Shown in pieces: positions 47,468 through 59,603 of a stretch of DNA of 64,000 nt (positions are counted from its first letter, which is position 1; the number at the start of each line of letters is the position of its first letter). The DNA is taken from assembly GCA_963733055.1 (NCBI GenBank), contig CAVTBR010000003.1, forward strand, positions 224,001-288,000, written 5' to 3'. Made by a program: the position numbers and the translations under genes. The stretch is from Candidatus Bathyarchaeota archaeon (GTDB taxonomy: Archaea > Thermoproteota > Bathyarchaeia > 40CM-2-53-6). The notes below the pieces were generated by a model. That model ran no database searches, was not told the origin of the DNA, and saw only the letters and a list, made by a program, of their open reading frames with translations.

Positions 47468-47626
47468 TTACTCTTTGAGTAGGTTTACGATAAGAAAGGC
47501 TCCAACTAGGAACATTACGAGTGCGACTAGGGCGACGATTGAAATGCTCAATCCCCCGTGCCTCATTAGGTAATACCCAACATAGCTCGGCGAAACTATC
47601 AGAGCCGCGGCAACTAGAATCAACAT
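47468..47626 (-). CDS. Small two-TM membrane protein
   Basis: Two hydrophobic helices; start uncertain. Confidence 0.55.
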   Translation of the reverse strand: MLILVAAALIVSPSYVGYYLMRHGGLSISIVALVALVMFLVGAFLIVNLLKE

Positions 47627-47787
47627 GACATTAAGGGGACCGCGTTCTTTCTGGGACGGTTTTTCTGCCAGCGTTCTACACCTGTGTCTTCGCTGTCTTC
47701 TTATTTCGTGAAATAAAAGCTTCCCACAGGCTTTATACATAATGATTGTTTGCCGCCTCCTCAACCCGAAATGGAATGTGAATGTGA

Positions 47788-49150
<1,363 letters not shown>

Positions 49151-49177
49151 ACACAACACCAACAGACGACTAATTTC

Positions 49178-49209
49178 ACGGGGGGCTTTCAAGCCCCCGT
49201 CAACTTTTT
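49178..49209 (+). terminator. GC hairpin plus T-tract terminator after gdhA
   Basis: GGGGGCT-TTCA-AGCCCCC stem-loop followed by ACTTTTT. Confidence 0.65.
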
Positions 49210-49245
49210 CTGCTTCTTCTCTTATCGCTCCTAAGGTATCAGCCT

Positions 49246-49623
49246 GTGAGAATTCTCCACACCTGCTTGAACGTTTCGAATATTGACCGCTCGATCGAGT
49301 TCTACACGAAACATATCGGCTTGCAATTTGTTAGGCGCCGCGAGGTCAAGCAAAACAACGCCGAGATCGCTTTCTTAGAGGATAAAGATGGCGGAGCAAT
49401 CGAGTTGACTTACTGGCGTGACAAGAAAGAGTTGAAGGAAGGCGACAACTTCGACCATATAGCATTCGGAGTCAACAACATAGATTCATCTATCCAAGAC
49501 CTGAGAAAACAGGGGGTAACGATTGCTATGGAACCATTCTCACTTCAGGGCTCAACATCGAAAATAGCATTCATTAAAGACCCCGATGGAAATTGGTTAG
49601 AACTAATCGAATCTCACAACTGA
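49246..49623 (+). CDS. VOC family / lactoylglutathione lyase-like protein
   Basis: LHTCLNV, IELTY, DHIAFGV, FIKDPDGNWLELIE. Confidence 0.88.
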   Translation: MRILHTCLNVSNIDRSIEFYTKHIGLQFVRRREVKQNNAEIAFLEDKDGGAIELTYWRDKKELKEGDNFDHIAFGVNNIDSSIQDLRKQGVTIAMEPFSLQGSTSKIAFIKDPDGNWLELIESHN

Positions 49624-49703
49624 AAATGGCTGAGTCAGGCAGTTATGTCGTCGAATAGTTCCCGTTAACGTTAATTAGCGGGGCTTTGAGCGTACACGCG
49701 CTC

Positions 49704-51476
49704 ATGCGCCATGTGACCTTCCTTCTCATCGCGTTTCTCGTTCTATCATCTAACTCCCTTCTCACGCCCTCATCATATCGAGCTACATCGCAAGCTGATA
49801 GCAGTTTTGCGTCAAGTAATGCCGGTATCGCGAACACCCAAGTTACGCTTCCCCTTGTTGGATCCGCCACGGATTGGGCTACGGGCAAGTGTGTTCAGAA
49901 TGCAAGTTTGCGTGCAAGTTTGGAGTCAATGATGGCGATTGACCCCAAGAACGCAGACCATCTCGTGGACGCGGCCAACTTCATTTACCAGTGGACTGGC
50001 CCAACATTTTCAGCGTCAATCGGTACGATATCTTCCACTGACGGTGGGCAATCTTGGAAAAGACAATTGATAACAGCAGCTGATTGTACCAAGCCCAATT
50101 TCAAGACGCTTCTTGGCCTGCTTGATCCTTCTATCGCAATTGATGAATCTTCAAACCTATACGCGAGTTTCTTAGCGGTTTCAGCAAAGTCGCGACCCAT
50201 TTACGTGACCCAATCAAGGGATGGAGGGCTGACGTGGACAATCTCCAACCATGGGAATCCTATCTTCGATTCGGGCATCTCAACAACAGTCGGAAATGAG
50301 CCCACGGTGTTAGTTGATAATTACGCATCAAGCCCCAACTATGGAACGATCTATGTAGTCTGGGAAAGACTTTCCATCAAAGACAGCTCCGCGATCGGTA
50401 ACGTAATGCTTTCACGATCAAGCAATAACGGCGACACCTTCTCTCAAGCGGTTCCCGTAAGTCCACAAGGCAACGCTAGTGTAAGCTATGTGAACCCCGT
50501 CCCAGCGATAGGCCCCGGCGGAACGCTCTATGTGAGTTTCGCGTCTGCCGCAGGTAGTTTGATTCCGGCGGCTAATTCGAAGAAGATCGTGTATGTTGTG
50601 AGGTCGCAGAATGGAGGCCAAACCTTCAGCGCTCCTCGCGAAGTTGCGGAAACCGTCCAGCATGGATACGTGAACACGCAGTTCATCTCCAATAGGTACC
50701 AAGCAATAGCCGTCAACCCCTCCAACGGCCACTTGCTACTCGCCTTCCAACACGCGGCTGACGTAGAAAGCCTGCCTGTCGGCAACATCACGTTAACACT
50801 AGCCACGAAAACCGACATCTTACTTTACGAATCAGCAGACGGAGGCTGAACGTGGAACAAACCGTTAACGGTTAACGATAACCCACCAGCTGAAAACGAA
50901 ACGCCCTTTCAACCCACCCTAGCAACCTCCTCGAAGGGTTTGGTCGCAGTCGCTTTCTACGATAGAAGACTCCCCTGCCCGAATTCCGGGTGGATCATGA
51001 CTAATGACACCGGAAAAACGAACCTCTGCATCGACACCGCCCTGCAACTCTACACCGACAAATCCGAATTAAGTCCGGTCGGGAACAACAACAGGGTGAC
51101 GAAGTATAGCTGGGACCCCATGAACCCAGGAGACATGGGCGGAACACAAGGTTTGCGAGCATTATGGTTCATCGGCGATTACTTCGGCTCGGCATTAACA
51201 AATGACACAGCGTACACATCCTTCACCGCTAACTTCGACCTTGGCCAAAACCCAGGACAAAACCCGCAGGTCTTCATCGCTCATTTCACATTGAACCAAA
51301 CCGAAGGCCAAACGCAGTCCCAAACGGCACTTCGCTCGCAAACCGCATCAAGCGTCGAGCAAACCTCACCTTTGTGGCAAGGCGGCGTGACAATTGTTGC
51401 TGTTCTAATAGTCGCGGTTGCTGTCTTGGCTGCTTGGATCGGAGTCCGGAGAAGAAAACGCTCACTCAAACCATAG
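49704..51476 (+). pseudogene. Secreted Asp-box (BNR) beta-propeller/sialidase-like surface protein with C-terminal TM anchor, interrupted by in-frame TGA at 50847-50849
   Basis: STDGGQSW, SRDGGLTW, SSNNGDTF, SQNGGQTF, SADGG*TW repeats; same frame continues to FIGDY and TM-RRRKR; may be intact in vivo. Confidence 0.7.
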
Positions 51477-51489
51477 GGTTCGTTGTCGT

Positions 51490-52257
51490 CTATGGAGTTA
51501 CCTTCTGAGCGAACGTCAGGTATCCCGTATGGCCGACCATCATTGTTGCAGGCCTCGTCTTTCCGGTTTCGGCCCTGATTTCTCGAATGAAAGATTCGAG
51601 GGTGTGCACGTTGACGAATCCAACACTCCGAAATGTCTCAGTGGTCTTCTCGACTTGGTTCATGGTCGGACTGAATGAAACGACTGGAGCGCCACCCGAC
51701 AAAGCTTTGTGAACATGAGGAATCAGAGGCCAAGGATCCCCGACGTCGATTATGGCGGCGTCAAAATCGTTTCCTTCAACTCCCCCGCCAGCGTCGGCCC
51801 TATGAAGCGTGACGTAGTCCGAGACGGAGGCTCTTCTCAGATTACGTTCGGCGATGTCCGCGAATTCATTGCGGGCTTCATAGGTGTGCACATGGCCTCC
51901 CGGCTTCACGGCTGTCGCTGTGGCGACCGTCATAGCCCCGCTCCCCGTCCCAATCTCAAGCACTTTCATACCCGAGGTTAGTGATAGTTTCAGGAGGATA
52001 ATGCCGATGTCTTTTGGGTACATTATCTGAGTCTGTCGGGCTGTGTGCATGATGAAATCGTGGGTGGTCGGTTTGAGAACCCAGAAGACCTCGCCTAATG
52101 AGCTCTTCACCGAGGTTCCAAATTCTCTTCCAATGATTTCGTCCACGTTAATGAAGCCCTTGTGGGTGTGAAACTGTTTGCCTTTCTCGACTCTGAGAAG
52201 CCATTGCCGTCTGAGATCCCAGTAAAGAAGAACCAATGAACTCTCTGAAATTGTCAA
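51490..52257 (-). CDS. trmI: tRNA (adenine-N1)-methyltransferase (m1A57/58)
   Basis: FHTHKG, RQTQIMYPKD, LEIGTGSG, DVGDPW, FSPTMNQV, TRP...MVGHTGYL. Confidence 0.93.
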   Translation of the reverse strand: MTISESSLVLLYWDLRRQWLLRVEKGKQFHTHKGFINVDEIIGREFGTSVKSSLGEVFWVLKPTTHDFIMHTARQTQIMYPKDIGIILLKLSLTSGMKVLEIGTGSGAMTVATATAVKPGGHVHTYEARNEFADIAERNLRRASVSDYVTLHRADAGGGVEGNDFDAAIIDVGDPWPLIPHVHKALSGGAPVVSFSPTMNQVEKTTETFRSVGFVNVHTLESFIREIRAETGKTRPATMMVGHTGYLTFAQKVTP

Positions 52258-52262
52258 TCTTG

Positions 52263-52709
52263 TCAGCTCATTGAAGATAGTTCCCGAAACCGTCTAGCCA
52301 AATGCTTTGCTCTCCGAACGAGCACAAATCTTAAGATCATTGCGTTCGCCTCTCCTTCGGAACGTACCAGGACGTTTACGAATAAGAGACGAAACAACGT
52401 CGGTATTGCGCATACCACCGCAGCAAACACGCCGGCCGTGGTGACTAGAAGAGTCTGTTGTTGCGTGAGATTGAATAGAAACCAGAAAGGGTTGTCCGCG
52501 GCTACAGCAGTAATCGCGGCAGCGAGTAAAGTCAAGATTGCGAACGGGATCACACCCTTGCGTTCGACCACCACAGCCGTGATTTTGTTGAGGGGTAATT
52601 CGCGGAACTGAACCAAACCGAAGCCTTCGCTGCGAACTACCATTTTGTCCTTGGATAAACTGATCGAACCGTTGACCCCGCGACAGTCAACCTCGTCAGC
52701 GTCGGGCAA
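52263..52709 (-). CDS. Hypothetical two-TM membrane protein
   Basis: 148-aa ORF in operon with trmI. Confidence 0.65.
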   Translation of the reverse strand: MPDADEVDCRGVNGSISLSKDKMVVRSEGFGLVQFRELPLNKITAVVVERKGVIPFAILTLLAAAITAVAADNPFWFLFNLTQQQTLLVTTAGVFAAVVCAIPTLFRLLFVNVLVRSEGEANAMILRFVLVRRAKHLARRFRELSSMS

Positions 52710-52757
52710 AGGCTGAATCCTCTTTATGAATCGTAGACAGGGTTGCAGCGTACCGCT

Positions 52758-53450
52758 TCAGATAAGGTATTGGAGGATAGCTCGCATATCATCATCCTCG
52801 ACTACAAAGTCTGCTTCTCGTCTTGCAATGTCGTCCTTTGGTTTGTAGGCGATCTTCAAACACCGTTCGTTTGCGAGGTCGAACGCCCGATCTCCAACGA
52901 GAGCCACGTCCCGCAAAGGGACATCCAGCTCGAAGGCAAGGCGTTCTATAATCTCCTGTTTGCCAGTAACCGCGACTTTCACAACGACCTCGCCAGTTAG
53001 GCGTCCGTTCTCAGTTCGCAGTTCGTTGGCGATCGCAATGTCGGCCCCAAGTTCTTCTGCTGCTTTCTCAGCCAGGATGGATAGGCCCGCGCTCAATATG
53101 ACAGTTTTTATTTCCCTTTTTCTCAGCTCCTTGAAAACCTCCCTCACCCCCTCGCGGTATGGAATTTGTGCGAGAATACTCCTCATTTGAGTCAGCGGAG
53201 TCCCAGCCCAGTAACGAGCATCCCTTTCGGCCCAGTCCTTGTAGGAGATTTCTCCTTTTCGATACAGCTGCTCTGCACCCTTGGCCCGATCCCAGGTTCC
53301 AAACGAATCATGTAGGTACCTCCAGAGACTGTCGATGGGCGTTAGGGTACCGTCCAGATCAAACACAACTATGCGAGGCCTGCGCGGCCTTTGATCTCCG
53401 TCACCTAGTTCGGTCCGACCATTTCGAGTGGGATTCGACTGTGGGGTCAC
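52758..53450 (-). CDS. HAD-IB (SerB-like) phosphatase
   Basis: FDLDGTL, LSAG, K, VGDRAFD; GTG overlaps the upstream stop. Confidence 0.85.
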   Translation of the reverse strand: MTPQSNPTRNGRTELGDGDQRPRRPRIVVFDLDGTLTPIDSLWRYLHDSFGTWDRAKGAEQLYRKGEISYKDWAERDARYWAGTPLTQMRSILAQIPYREGVREVFKELRKREIKTVILSAGLSILAEKAAEELGADIAIANELRTENGRLTGEVVVKVAVTGKQEIIERLAFELDVPLRDVALVGDRAFDLANERCLKIAYKPKDDIARREADFVVEDDDMRAILQYLI

Positions 53451-55093
53451 CGGGTTTCTCGAAGTATTCTGGATATTTCCAGGATTATCGGTGCGGGCGT
53501 CCATATTGAAAATGCTTTTGCGAATCTTACCGCCGTGGCCTTCCGTAATTCGATAGGATCTCCTCTATGAGAATAGCCAGTTGCTATTGCTTCGACTATT
53601 CCTCTGAGGCCTCCGGTTATGGTGGGGGAGATTCGGTAGTGGCCTATGTAGAATAGCAACTCGGCGATGTCCCAAGCGTATTCCTTCCGTTTACCGGCCT
53701 GTTCCAGGTCTACTACGAATATCTTCTCATCTTTGACCACAAAGTTCTCAGGTTTGGTGTCTCCGACCGACACGCCTGTCCGATGGATATCTGCGAGCGT
53801 TTCTCCGAGCGATACGGCTAGCTTGAATTGAGTTTCAGTCAGCTTCGGCTGGTTGACCGCTTCCTTCGCGATATCGGCGAAGGAAGGGCCTGAAAGGTAC
53901 CGCTCCACCAAGATGCGTTGCCTGATACTCAGGTACACTATGCTCGGGACCTTCAAGCCCCGTTTTGCAAGGTACCGATTCATTCCGTACTCGTTCGTCA
54001 TCCGCGCTTTTCCCGAGACGGCAAACAGCTTACTTCCTAAGGACACTAAGTTTAGGGTGAACCATTTGAAGCCGTGCCAATCGGTGAATTTCTTGACAAC
54101 AAGCTGATCCCTGCCCGCGGTTACCAAGAATACTTCGTTGAGTACGCCTGCCAACGGGGTAATGGTGATCGGTCCTCCGAGTTTCAGGTTGGCAATAACT
54201 TCGTCAAGCGACAGCTTTTCACCCATAGGAACTAGGCCCGCGGATGTTCGCACGTACAAGTAGTTCTTTGGGTCCTCAGGTTCCATTCTATCCAGTTCTG
54301 TATCGAGGGTCAGTTTCAGCGGGTTATACAGTTCGCGCGCTAGAAGGTCGGGGCTTAGGTATACCGCGCGTCCCTTTGTGAGAAATGAATACAGAGCCCT
54401 CTGACTCTGCCTCAGAACGTTAACAACCTGTTCGGACACTCTATCTTTTAGCCAACGGTCTACGGCAGTGTCCTCGAGCGATACATACTCGCCGTCAACG
54501 TTCAGGACATCACCTTTTGTTGCGTTTATCGCAGACTTGAAGGAGCTTCTCAGAGCGGCGAGGTTCCGTTCTCGGACGGGTTCCTCAAGAAGCCGTAGAT
54601 ATGCGGTCATGCTTGGAACTGATACTCGGGCGAGTTTTCTCATTCGCGAAATACCAAAAAACTCTGGGAGCGCTACGAGCCCTCGACACATTTCGCGGTA
54701 TTCAATGACGAGGTCTCTCGCCTCCTCCTCCGAGGCCCGGATTCTTGCTTTCTCAGCCATCTTCTCCAGATACTCAACGTTCAGGAGAGGATGATATGGG
54801 TAAAGGAATTGCTCGGTCAGATAATCTCCAAGCGTGCCTCTTTCGACATCAGACTCTATTAGAGCCCTATCAGCGATTAGGAACCTGAACTCTTCGCCAT
54901 CGTAGACTCTGAGAAGCGCCCTCAAACCGTTTGCGTAACTTTCGCATAAGACCAACAGGTCCTGGCCGCGTGTCACTCCGGGTTTTGCGAATACACCGGG
55001 ACCGTAGGCGCACACGGCTACTCGTTCGGCTGGGGCTACCAAGTCGTCAAGCATGCCTAATGCGTTCTCGGCACTGTGTACGAACGCGGTCAA
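53447..55093 (-). CDS. Degenerate nucleotidyltransferase-fold domain fused to an atypical (Kdo/RIO/APH-like) kinase domain
   Basis: AYGPG...QDLLVL N-terminus; LAGVLNEVF, VVKKF, GDTKPENF, VDLEQ, WDIAELL. Confidence 0.7.
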   Translation of the reverse strand: MTAFVHSAENALGMLDDLVAPAERVAVCAYGPGVFAKPGVTRGQDLLVLCESYANGLRALLRVYDGEEFRFLIADRALIESDVERGTLGDYLTEQFLYPYHPLLNVEYLEKMAEKARIRASEEEARDLVIEYREMCRGLVALPEFFGISRMRKLARVSVPSMTAYLRLLEEPVRERNLAALRSSFKSAINATKGDVLNVDGEYVSLEDTAVDRWLKDRVSEQVVNVLRQSQRALYSFLTKGRAVYLSPDLLARELYNPLKLTLDTELDRMEPEDPKNYLYVRTSAGLVPMGEKLSLDEVIANLKLGGPITITPLAGVLNEVFLVTAGRDQLVVKKFTDWHGFKWFTLNLVSLGSKLFAVSGKARMTNEYGMNRYLAKRGLKVPSIVYLSIRQRILVERYLSGPSFADIAKEAVNQPKLTETQFKLAVSLGETLADIHRTGVSVGDTKPENFVVKDEKIFVVDLEQAGKRKEYAWDIAELLFYIGHYRISPTITGGLRGIVEAIATGYSHRGDPIELRKATAVRFAKAFSIWTPAPIILEISRILRETR

Positions 55094-55136
55094 CTGAAAA
55101 ACACCTTCTGAGTTCCTGCTTCTTTCAGGGCATTGG

Positions 55137-55898
55137 TTAGCGTGACTTAGATAGGTTGCGACCCATTTTGGTGAAATGGATTCGCCAAAAGAGAGTGAGC
55201 ATGCCGATTCCGTGAAGCCACATGTCTTTCAAGAGTCGCTTTAAGGGGGTTCTGCCGCCCTTTTTTTCAGTCCAATGAATTGGGATTTCCTTGAGAGTGA
55301 AACCCAACTTTCTAGCCAGGACTATCACCTCTGTATCCCAGAACCAAGAATCGCTCTTAGCTTCCACATCCAATTGTTCGACGAGCTTTCGTGAGAAAGA
55401 CTTGAAGCCGCATTGGTGATCGTGGACACCGGTGTTGAATAATATACGAACCATTCCGTTGTATGCAATTGAGCTCGCTCTCCTAAGGAGAGGTCGATTC
55501 GTGATTGATCCTTGGAGATACCTTGAGCCCGTGACAAGATCAAACTGCTTACCCATCTCAATCAAATTACGATAGGCATCGAATTTATCCAGGTCTGTAG
55601 CCAAATCCACATCAACGTATAGGTACATTTCACCCGGCACTTTTCTCCAGGCTTCGCGCAAGGCCTTTCCGCGACCTAGGCGACGGTCGTTCTGTAGGTG
55701 AATAATGTTCGGGTACTTCCATTTCAACTCGTCAACGGTGGCGGATGAATTAGATCCGTCCTCTGCGATCAGTAAGGTGAAATTCGGATTAATTGCCGCA
55801 GTGGCTTCCTCTAGTCTGACCGAAGTCGCCCCAAGGAACTTAGTGTCCTTGTAAACCGGAAGGGTTACTACAATTTGGCGTGCGTTGTTTCGGGACAA
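55137..55898 (-). CDS. Family 2 glycosyltransferase (dolichyl-phosphate glycosyltransferase-like)
   Basis: AEDGS, GRGKAL, DVDLATD, GSRY, DHQCGFK, WFWDTE. Confidence 0.88.
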   Translation of the reverse strand: MSRNNARQIVVTLPVYKDTKFLGATSVRLEEATAAINPNFTLLIAEDGSNSSATVDELKWKYPNIIHLQNDRRLGRGKALREAWRKVPGEMYLYVDVDLATDLDKFDAYRNLIEMGKQFDLVTGSRYLQGSITNRPLLRRASSIAYNGMVRILFNTGVHDHQCGFKSFSRKLVEQLDVEAKSDSWFWDTEVIVLARKLGFTLKEIPIHWTEKKGGRTPLKRLLKDMWLHGIGMLTLFWRIHFTKMGRNLSKSR

Positions 55899-55908
55899 TG
55901 AACTCGCC

Positions 55909-56875
55909 TTACGCTACTTCTGCCACGAGCTCCTTGGCTGCGGCTCGGATTGCTCCCTCGCTGTTGAGCTTAGGGTTCCAACCGAGTTTCATCAATTTCG
56001 CGACTGAGAGATGCATGACTTTCACATCTCCGAACCAGCCGCGCCCCCCATCAACACCCCCAGTCACTTTCATCTTTACCTCCCGCAGGCCCATTTCTTT
56101 AACGACGACCTCCGCGATCCGTTTCACACTTACCTGGTCGGGTGAACTGAGGTTGTAGACTTCAACCCTCTTATCTGAGCGCAGAAAAGACTCAGTCGAA
56201 ATCGAGATCGCGTCTTAGGCAATCGGTGATGTGGACGTACGACTTTGTCTGGGTACCGTCGCCCAGAATTTCAATTTCGTTAGGGTTTGTTTTCAGCTTT
56301 TGGATGAAGTCCCATAGAATACCGTGCCGCGAACGGGATCCAACACAGTTTCCCAATCGGAGTATCAACCCCCTCATCGCATGAGTGTAGGCGTATGCGG
56401 AAATGAGTGATTCACAACCAAGTTTGGAGGCGCCGTAGGTGGATATTGGAAGCATAGGCCCATAGGTTTCTGGCGTGGGTAACTGTGCCGCTTCGCCGTA
56501 AACGGTTGATGTCGATCCAAACACAATGGTTTTGGCATCATGACTGACGCGCATACCCTCAAGAAGCTTGAACGTTGCGAGGAGGTTCTCCTCAAAATGT
56601 ACGGAAGGGTCCACCTCACCTACTCGCACTTCGGGGTTTGCTGCCAAATGGTAGACAACCGACACACCGTGCAGAACCTCTTGAATATTCGGAATTGCCT
56701 TAAGATCAGCTTCAACGAACCGGAAACGTTCCCTGCTTTTGGCCTGACGAAGGTTTTCCATTCTTCCGCTGCTGAGGTTGTCGAGGACGACCACCTCATC
56801 TTCGTGCGCCAGGAGAGCGTCGACTAGATGGCTGCCTATGAACCCGGCGCCCCCGGTTACAAGTACCTTCCTCAA
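55909..56875 (-). CDS. UDP-glucose 4-epimerase-like SDR (apparent 1-nt insertion at 56215-56216)
   Basis: TGGAGFIGS, HLAANPEV, YGASK, GDGTQTKSY, GRGWFGDV; removing one A gives DCLDAISISTESF...VYNL. Confidence 0.88.
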
Positions 56876-56953
56876 TCCTAGCCATTCCCTCGATATTTCT
56901 AAATTCGCGGTTCTGGGCGTGAAATTATATCGCTAAAGTAGGGAGTACGCCTA

Positions 56954-57706
56954 ATGACCATTATGGCAACGTGGCCGTCTAGCGCTAGTTCACGTGCGGG
57001 CCTTGTTTCTGTAGTGTTGTCCACCTATAATGAGCGCCAGAATCTCTCCAACCTTATCCCGTTGATCGAGAGTATCTTAACAAGCAGCGGGATTGACGGT
57101 GAGATCGTTGTGGTTGACGATAATTCTCCTGATGGGACTTCAGAGGTTGCAAGAGCGTTCGGTAGGCAGTATGGAAACGTTAGGCTTCTGTGGCGGCCGG
57201 GTAAGTTAGGACCTGGTTCCGCGCATGCCGACGGATACCGGTTTGCTGCCGGTGAGATAATCGTCGGTATGGACACGGACTTCTCACATGATCCACATGA
57301 TATTCCCAGGTTCGTTGCGAAGATTAGAGACGGATTCGACGTGGTAGCTGGGGCACGTTACATACGCGGCGGCCAGTACCAGGTTAACTCCCTTCAGACT
57401 TTGAAGAAGAGCGTTGCGAGTAGGTTAGGTAATATCATGATCCACTTGCTCTCGGGTGTGCCTGTGCACGACTTCACGACCGCGCTTCGAGCAGTTAGGA
57501 GAGAGGTCGTGCAAAATGTTGAGACGGAATCGAAAGGGAATTCGTTCTTCATGGAATTCATAATCAAAGCGTACCGCGAGGGTTACAGGACGACGGAGAT
57601 CCCCATCATCTTCAGGGATAGAATTGCTGGAAAATCAAAGCTTAGCCTCGGAAAACAGTCTCTGAAAATGATACTCGACCTGCTCAAACTTACCAGAAAC
57701 CGATGA
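56954..57706 (+). CDS. Polyprenol-phosphate mannose synthase (DPM1-like)
   Basis: TYNE, VDDNSPDGT, MDTDFSHDP, GARY..GG, EIPIIFRDR..GKSKL. Confidence 0.88.
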   Translation: MTIMATWPSSASSRAGLVSVVLSTYNERQNLSNLIPLIESILTSSGIDGEIVVVDDNSPDGTSEVARAFGRQYGNVRLLWRPGKLGPGSAHADGYRFAAGEIIVGMDTDFSHDPHDIPRFVAKIRDGFDVVAGARYIRGGQYQVNSLQTLKKSVASRLGNIMIHLLSGVPVHDFTTALRAVRREVVQNVETESKGNSFFMEFIIKAYREGYRTTEIPIIFRDRIAGKSKLSLGKQSLKMILDLLKLTRNR

Positions 57707-57864
57707 ACTCCTACCCGCCCCTTCAATTCTAATCCGTTGGGTATTCCATTTCCGCGGATCATGAAACTCGATGCCGTAGTAATTCGGACGATTCTGTTGG
57801 CCATAGGACTGAGAGAAACGCGTTGCGCTGAGGTTACGAAAATTCAACCGCGAGCATTGACCTG

Positions 57865-59160
57865 TCAGGGAGCTACCCAGATCCGCCGGTGGCAAGTTGC
57901 ACAATACCATTGGCCGTCGACAGGAGAGAGTGGGTTTCCGCAGATAGGGCATGGTACAATTTGGGGAGCTACAGGAACTCCAAATGGAGGCGGGGGAACT
58001 GCTGGGACTACAGCGACCGCCGGTCCAGGTCGAAGGAAGAAGAAGAGCAGGGGAATTAGGAGCAATAACCCTACTAGGCCAGCGATTATGTATGGGAGAA
58101 TATTGAACGTCGCAGAACATGCGCTTACGCTAACATTGAAGACAGCTTGGCGTACAATTCCGCCGCCGTTGCCTTGAACAGTTATTGCGTACGATCCTGG
58201 CGTTACGCTGCACGGCGTAACGATCGTAATCAAGGACGTAGCCTGCCCATTCGGCGGGGGTGTGATCGATGGCAGAGAGAAGGTTAACGACATTCCATTC
58301 GGAACGCCTGAGGCGGTGAGCGCAACGGCGTTGTTGAAACCGTTGAGTGATTGAACGGTTACCGTGGTCGTGTTTGTTTGTCCTGGTTGAGTATCCGGTT
58401 GAGGGGGTACTGAGATGAAGTTGGGGTTCACGGTTAAGGTGAATGACGGAGTAAGTACGACGAGGGTTACCGTGGCTGTGTGTGCGAATTTTGAACTAGA
58501 CCCGACCACGGTTATGGTGTACGTTCCGTTTGGTGTGTTTGTTGAAGTCTGGACTTGGAGCGTTGAGGTGAATGGAGTTTGTCCGGAAGGTGGGTTTAGA
58601 TTCCACGTGACTCCTGTTGGCGGAGATGAGGAGATGACTAAATTTACTGGTACGGGGCTGCTGCAGGCTAACGATGCTGCAACCGCAACGTTGTAGGACG
58701 TCGAACCGCCCGGTATGACGTTCTGTGTCGAAGGCGTCGCTGTTAACGTGAAATCGTAGTTCGGCATGAGAGGGATACTCACCACGGCCGTGTTGCCGGC
58801 GCTGTCGTAGGCGGTAACGGTTACGCAGTAGTTGGCTTGGGTCGCGTATTGGTGCGCCCGAATATCGCTGACCTGACTTTGAGCGGAGAATGGAACATCT
58901 AGCGTGGCTCCGTCCCCGAAGTCCCAGTGTAGGCTCGTTATCCAGAGCCCGTTTGCGGTCTTAGCTGCTACGTTGAATAGGTATGCCGGAGGATAGGCGA
59001 TTGTGAGCTGGGGAGCGGCATCGAACCATACCGTTAACACCTGAGCACTCTCGACCCCAAAACCTGCTGCGAGCCTGGCGGAAGAAGCGCGGGCAGGGGT
59101 AGAAGGAGCGTAGAACGGAAGAATGATGACGAGCATGGCCAATAGGACTAAAGACTTCAT
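57865..59160 (-). CDS. Surface protein: PKD domain, two Ig-like repeats, TM, Pro-rich linker and cytoplasmic zinc ribbon
   Basis: Signal peptide; WDFGDG; DFTLTATP and SFTLTVNP repeats; CPIC-x12-CATC. Confidence 0.85.
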   Translation of the reverse strand: MKSLVLLAMLVIILPFYAPSTPARASSARLAAGFGVESAQVLTVWFDAAPQLTIAYPPAYLFNVAAKTANGLWITSLHWDFGDGATLDVPFSAQSQVSDIRAHQYATQANYCVTVTAYDSAGNTAVVSIPLMPNYDFTLTATPSTQNVIPGGSTSYNVAVAASLACSSPVPVNLVISSSPPTGVTWNLNPPSGQTPFTSTLQVQTSTNTPNGTYTITVVGSSSKFAHTATVTLVVLTPSFTLTVNPNFISVPPQPDTQPGQTNTTTVTVQSLNGFNNAVALTASGVPNGMSLTFSLPSITPPPNGQATSLITIVTPCSVTPGSYAITVQGNGGGIVRQAVFNVSVSACSATFNILPYIIAGLVGLLLLIPLLFFFLRPGPAVAVVPAVPPPPFGVPVAPQIVPCPICGNPLSPVDGQWYCATCHRRIWVAP

Positions 59161-59339
59161 ATGATTCCATCCAGACTGAGCCGTGAACGAAGACTCAGCC
59201 TAGAGCTGGTCAGTTAAGCAGTCTTTACGCAAGACAGTTCAATTTCGGCGAATAAGCGGTCGATTCTTGATTCTACTATGAATTAGAATGATAGCGACGC
59301 TACTTGGCTCTCTTTCGACCCAGCGAATCCAAAAGTCGT

Positions 59340-59603
59340 TCAATCAGGCGACGATTCGTCGATTTCCAAGAGTTCGACTGCGGTAATGTCGTTGGTTTCG
59401 GTGTCTCTGAAAACATGAACTCGCGGGTGTACTGGTTCCCCAAGCTCGCCTCTGGAGGGTTTCTTGAACCTTATGCACAGGGTGTTGAGCACGGGCTCAA
59501 GAGTCCCTTCTACTACTTCGCTAGGAAGCTTGCTTCCAGCGAGACGTTCCGCTCTGCGAAGCATCCGCTGAATGTCTAAGTCGAGTAGAGACGAGGTAGC
59601 CAT
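59340..59603 (-). CDS. DUF2283-like putative antitoxin
   Basis: TLCIRFKK...GEP...HVFRD...ITAVELLE; overlaps the upstream small gene. Confidence 0.55.
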   Translation of the reverse strand: MATSSLLDLDIQRMLRRAERLAGSKLPSEVVEGTLEPVLNTLCIRFKKPSRGELGEPVHPRVHVFRDTETNDITAVELLEIDESSPD

